Virus record (IMG/VR): IMGVR_UViG_3300032299_000385
Span: 1-27,473 of that record
Direction: 5' to 3' (one strand)
DNA from: a virus
Taxonomy: Duplodnaviria; Caudoviricetes
DNA: 27,473 bases
A program made the translations under genes and the position numbers. Below, piece after piece: positions 25,051 to 27,473 of the stretch. The notes beneath the pieces are model-generated. The model worked only from the letters and a program-made list of their open reading frames with translations. It did not search any database and was not told the DNA's origin. Positions within the stretch are counted from its first letter, which is position 1; the number at the start of each line of letters is the position of its first letter.

Positions 25051-26519
25051 TGGCTGACCCTTTGTCGTTTGGCAGCAGCCTAGATCCGCAGCAGCAGGCG
25101 ATTGCCAAGAAGATCATCGAACGTGCAATCGAGATGGGTGTTGACCCCCGTCTGGCCGTCTCTGTTGCCTACCAAGAGAGTCGTCTGCGTGCTGATGTTG
25201 AGAACAGTCCCAAGGGGGCGGTGGGCATCATGCAGGTAATGCCTGCCACAGGGAAAGAGTTTGGGTTCTCTAAGCAGGACCTGATGAATCCAGACCGCAA
25301 CATTGAAGCCGGCCTGACTGTCCTGAAGGCTTACATGGACAAGTTCCCAGACGATCCAAGACTAGGCGTGGTCGCATATAACGCCGGCCCTAATCATCCG
25401 TTCTTCACTGGTGGGAATCTTCCCCAAGAGACTCTGGACTACGTTCGCAGTATCAAAAATTATGGTGCGTTTCAAGTAGATGAGCCCGCTGGTGAGCCAA
25501 CCATCACGGAAGAGGATATTGACTTTGAATTTCCAGAGGCTCCGTTGGCAATAGAACAAGCACCGCTGCCGACTGCCATGGCTCCTCAGAACGAGCAAAG
25601 CATCAAGGATGTCATCAATCGATTGAGTGAAGCCGATCCTGCGGATCTTGCTGCCGGTGCCGGTGCATATGGCGGGTACAAGATTGGTCAAATGTTGGAC
25701 CGTGCGCCGCCTGTGCAGGTTACAGCGCTCGGTATGCCATCGAGTGGGCAGCCGGCTGGGATGCCTAGTGGACAGGCCCCTGAGCCAGCGATGCCGCGTG
25801 CTGGTGCTTTGCCGGCTGGAGCGGCTCCGACTGGAGCGCCGGCAGCAGGTGGATTTACTCCCGGTCGTCCGACTGGCGGATCTGGAGCTTTCAACTATGG
25901 CAAGGCGTTTGGCCTGACAGATGTTGAGGCGGCGCGTGCAGCTAGCATGTCTGATGCTGCTGAAGCAGTAAAAAACCGCGCAGGTGCTTTAGGCAGAATT
26001 GAGGGTCTTGAGCCGTCTGTAGGTCGCTATGTTGAAGATCCTCAACGGGGCCTGATGATTCCGACTGATCCGGTTACTGGTCGCGGCCCCAAACAATCGT
26101 TTGTGCAAACTTCAGAGGGGCTGGAGCAGCTTCCTCCTCGGCAGTCTGTAGCGCCAGCTATGCCTAAACCGGCCAGTGCTCTGGAGGACATCACAGCAGT
26201 GCTACGGAACATGATGTCGATGCCTTTGATTCGGCGTGCCGTTCCTATTGCTGGTGGCGCCCTTGCCGGTGGTGAGTTTGCCCGTATGGGTCAGGAGTTG
26301 CGGAAGGACAAGCCTGACTATGTGTCGGCTGGCCTGAGTGGTCTTGGTGGGTTGGGTGGCGTGATGTCACTGTTCCCCCCTGCTGCCCCGGTCGGCGTCC
26401 CGTTGTCTCTAGGCGTTGGTGCCCTACAGTTTGGCCGTGAGCGTGCCCGGGAGAATGAGGCGCTAGGATACCGACCTGACGTCATCCCCTCCAACCCAAT
26501 GGGTGATTTTGGGTTCTAA
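25050..26519 (+). CDS. Virion-associated lytic transglycosylase (N-terminal SLT domain) with a long low-complexity tail
   Basis: ATG 25050 (TGATG overlap); GVDPRLAVSVAYQES (catalytic Glu), GAVGIMQVMPATG, NIEAG, AYNAGP, ETLDYV. Confidence 0.9.
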   Translation: MADPLSFGSSLDPQQQAIAKKIIERAIEMGVDPRLAVSVAYQESRLRADVENSPKGAVGIMQVMPATGKEFGFSKQDLMNPDRNIEAGLTVLKAYMDKFPDDPRLGVVAYNAGPNHPFFTGGNLPQETLDYVRSIKNYGAFQVDEPAGEPTITEEDIDFEFPEAPLAIEQAPLPTAMAPQNEQSIKDVINRLSEADPADLAAGAGAYGGYKIGQMLDRAPPVQVTALGMPSSGQPAGMPSGQAPEPAMPRAGALPAGAAPTGAPAAGGFTPGRPTGGSGAFNYGKAFGLTDVEAARAASMSDAAEAVKNRAGALGRIEGLEPSVGRYVEDPQRGLMIPTDPVTGRGPKQSFVQTSEGLEQLPPRQSVAPAMPKPASALEDITAVLRNMMSMPLIRRAVPIAGGALAGGEFARMGQELRKDKPDYVSAGLSGLGGLGGVMSLFPPAAPVGVPLSLGVGALQFGRERARENEALGYRPDVIPSNPMGDFGF

Positions 26520-26734
26520 GGGCGTCTCTCAGAGAGAGCAACAGCTACTTCCCGGTTTAGGTTTTTGACGATGCCCACGCAACGGAGATGTTCTTCCTTG
26601 CGGATCATGGGCGTCAGCACCGCGGCAAGCTTCTGCCCAAACTCGAGGATGTCAACGTCACTGGCATAACACCCGTCCGGGTTGTTGTTCTCGCAGTAGA
26701 AGAAGACTTGTTGAATCAGGTCATCTTTAATCAT
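26516..26734 (-). CDS. Hypothetical phage protein
   Basis: 72 aa; starts 4 nt after the nuclease stop; its stop overlaps the SLT gene stop (convergent). Confidence 0.7.
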   Translation of the reverse strand: MIKDDLIQQVFFYCENNNPDGCYASDVDILEFGQKLAAVLTPMIRKEEHLRCVGIVKNLNREVAVALSERRP

Positions 26735-26738
26735 TGGT

Positions 26739-27473
26739 TTACTCGTATTTGTTTTTGAGTTGCCAGAACGCCAACAGGCTGGCGAACATGGCCCAGCCGC
26801 GCTTCAGATCCTCTTCGGTCCACTCATGGATGAACACAGCACCGGGCACGTTCCGAGACACGAAGATATTGGCGCAGCGTGCCTCTGGCATACCTAGACC
26901 TACTCGGTAGGCGGCCAACTGCATCAGGTGTTCGTCATAAGGTTTGACTTCATCCCCGGTGGCAAACTCTTTAGTCTTGATGTCGACCACTAGATCATCT
27001 GCGTACATGTCGACCTTGCCGCCGAAGCCAAACTCATGGGCGAAGGGCGCTTCGCAGATCCAGTCCTGTTGACCAAACTTGCTTACAAGGGCGGCGCGAC
27101 AAGCCTCCACATGAGGATTGTGGGACTCGCTATAAACCCCGCCTTCAAAGCAGGACTGAATAGATTCGTGAATAGCGGTGCCGGCATCCGCTGCCGCCTT
27201 CCCTTGTTCCTTTGAGTCATCGAGGATGCGGTTGATGTAATCATCTTCCGATTCCTGATCCCACTTAGGGAGGGTGAGGGCAGCTAGTAAAACCTGACGC
27301 TGCATCCACATGTTGAGACCCGGTTTGGCGGTCACATTGAGGATAGTGGTCACCGAGGGTACAAGATTCAGTTTGCGTGCGTCACGGAGCGTTGTAGGGC
27401 GTTGTAGACCGTTCTTTCCTTCAACGGTGTACATAGGTTCACCGTCGAGGGTGTACCAGTGATTTGATTCTGA
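26739..27473 (-). CDS. PD-(D/E)XK exonuclease (Cas4/RecB-like phage nuclease), 5'-truncated
   Basis: Frame is open to the window end (SESNHWYTLDGEPMY...); PSVTTIL, GTAIH, E..F, GGKVD...VVDIKTK, QLAAY. Confidence 0.88.
   Translation of the reverse strand, partial: SESNHWYTLDGEPMYTVEGKNGLQRPTTLRDARKLNLVPSVTTILNVTAKPGLNMWMQRQVLLAALTLPKWDQESEDDYINRILDDSKEQGKAAADAGTAIHESIQSCFEGGVYSESHNPHVEACRAALVSKFGQQDWICEAPFAHEFGFGGKVDMYADDLVVDIKTKEFATGDEVKPYDEHLMQLAAYRVGLGMPEARCANIFVSRNVPGAVFIHEWTEEDLKRGWAMFASLLAFWQLKNKYE

Larger units (their letters stand above)
1..27473. mobile_element. Tailed dsDNA bacteriophage genome fragment (structural, lysis and ejection modules; probably podovirus-like)
   Basis: Near-continuous coding with overlapping stop/start codons; lysozyme, spanins, fibres, SLT-bearing virion protein and PD-(D/E)XK nuclease; no host housekeeping genes. 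No tail tube or sheath recognised, so the short-tail call is inference. Confidence 0.95.

Noticed and set aside
26524-26540. tctct-cag-agaga hairpin as a terminator
   Set aside because: Weak 5-bp stem with no U-tract on either strand.
26739-27473. cas4 / CRISPR-Cas locus
   Set aside because: PD-(D/E)XK motifs are present, but there is no C-terminal Fe-S Cys cluster, no other cas genes and no array; a stand-alone phage nuclease fits better.
1-27473. Stop-codon reassignment, introns/inteins, tRNA or integrase genes
   Set aside because: Standard-code ORFs tile the window with gaps of 35 nt or less, all three stops are used as true ends, and no such elements were recognised.

Overview
A 27.5-kb fragment of a tailed dsDNA bacteriophage genome, most likely podovirus-like and infecting a Gram-negative host (it encodes spanins and a virion transglycosylase). 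About 26.5 kb is one tightly packed + strand late operon, with many genes joined by ATGA/TGATG/TAATG overlaps. In order it holds: small basic proteins; a putative head-tail adaptor with a discoidin-like insert; a fibre/adhesin block (NGGTG-repeat fibres, a tandem Gly-rich protein, a triple LamG protein, small chaperone-like proteins and a TIGR02466-like 2OG-Fe(II) oxygenase); a lysis cassette (holin candidate, SAR endolysin, i-spanin with an embedded o-spanin); a second adaptor and tail/nozzle genes; and large putative ejection proteins (1891 aa with poly-Pro and TPTPSI repeats, and an SLT transglycosylase). The last ~1 kb is the end of a convergent - strand unit with a PD-(D/E)XK nuclease. 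The most interesting unexplained signals are short peptide motifs shared between unrelated proteins (an N-terminal MSxRYxGG...W/FxLxQ...TWP peptide, C-terminal SGGTF, [MFY][KA]xGG joints) and AT-rich lectin cores bounded by conserved DNA anchors. Together these suggest a modular docking and cassette-swapping system. All family assignments are by eye from motifs; no database search was run.
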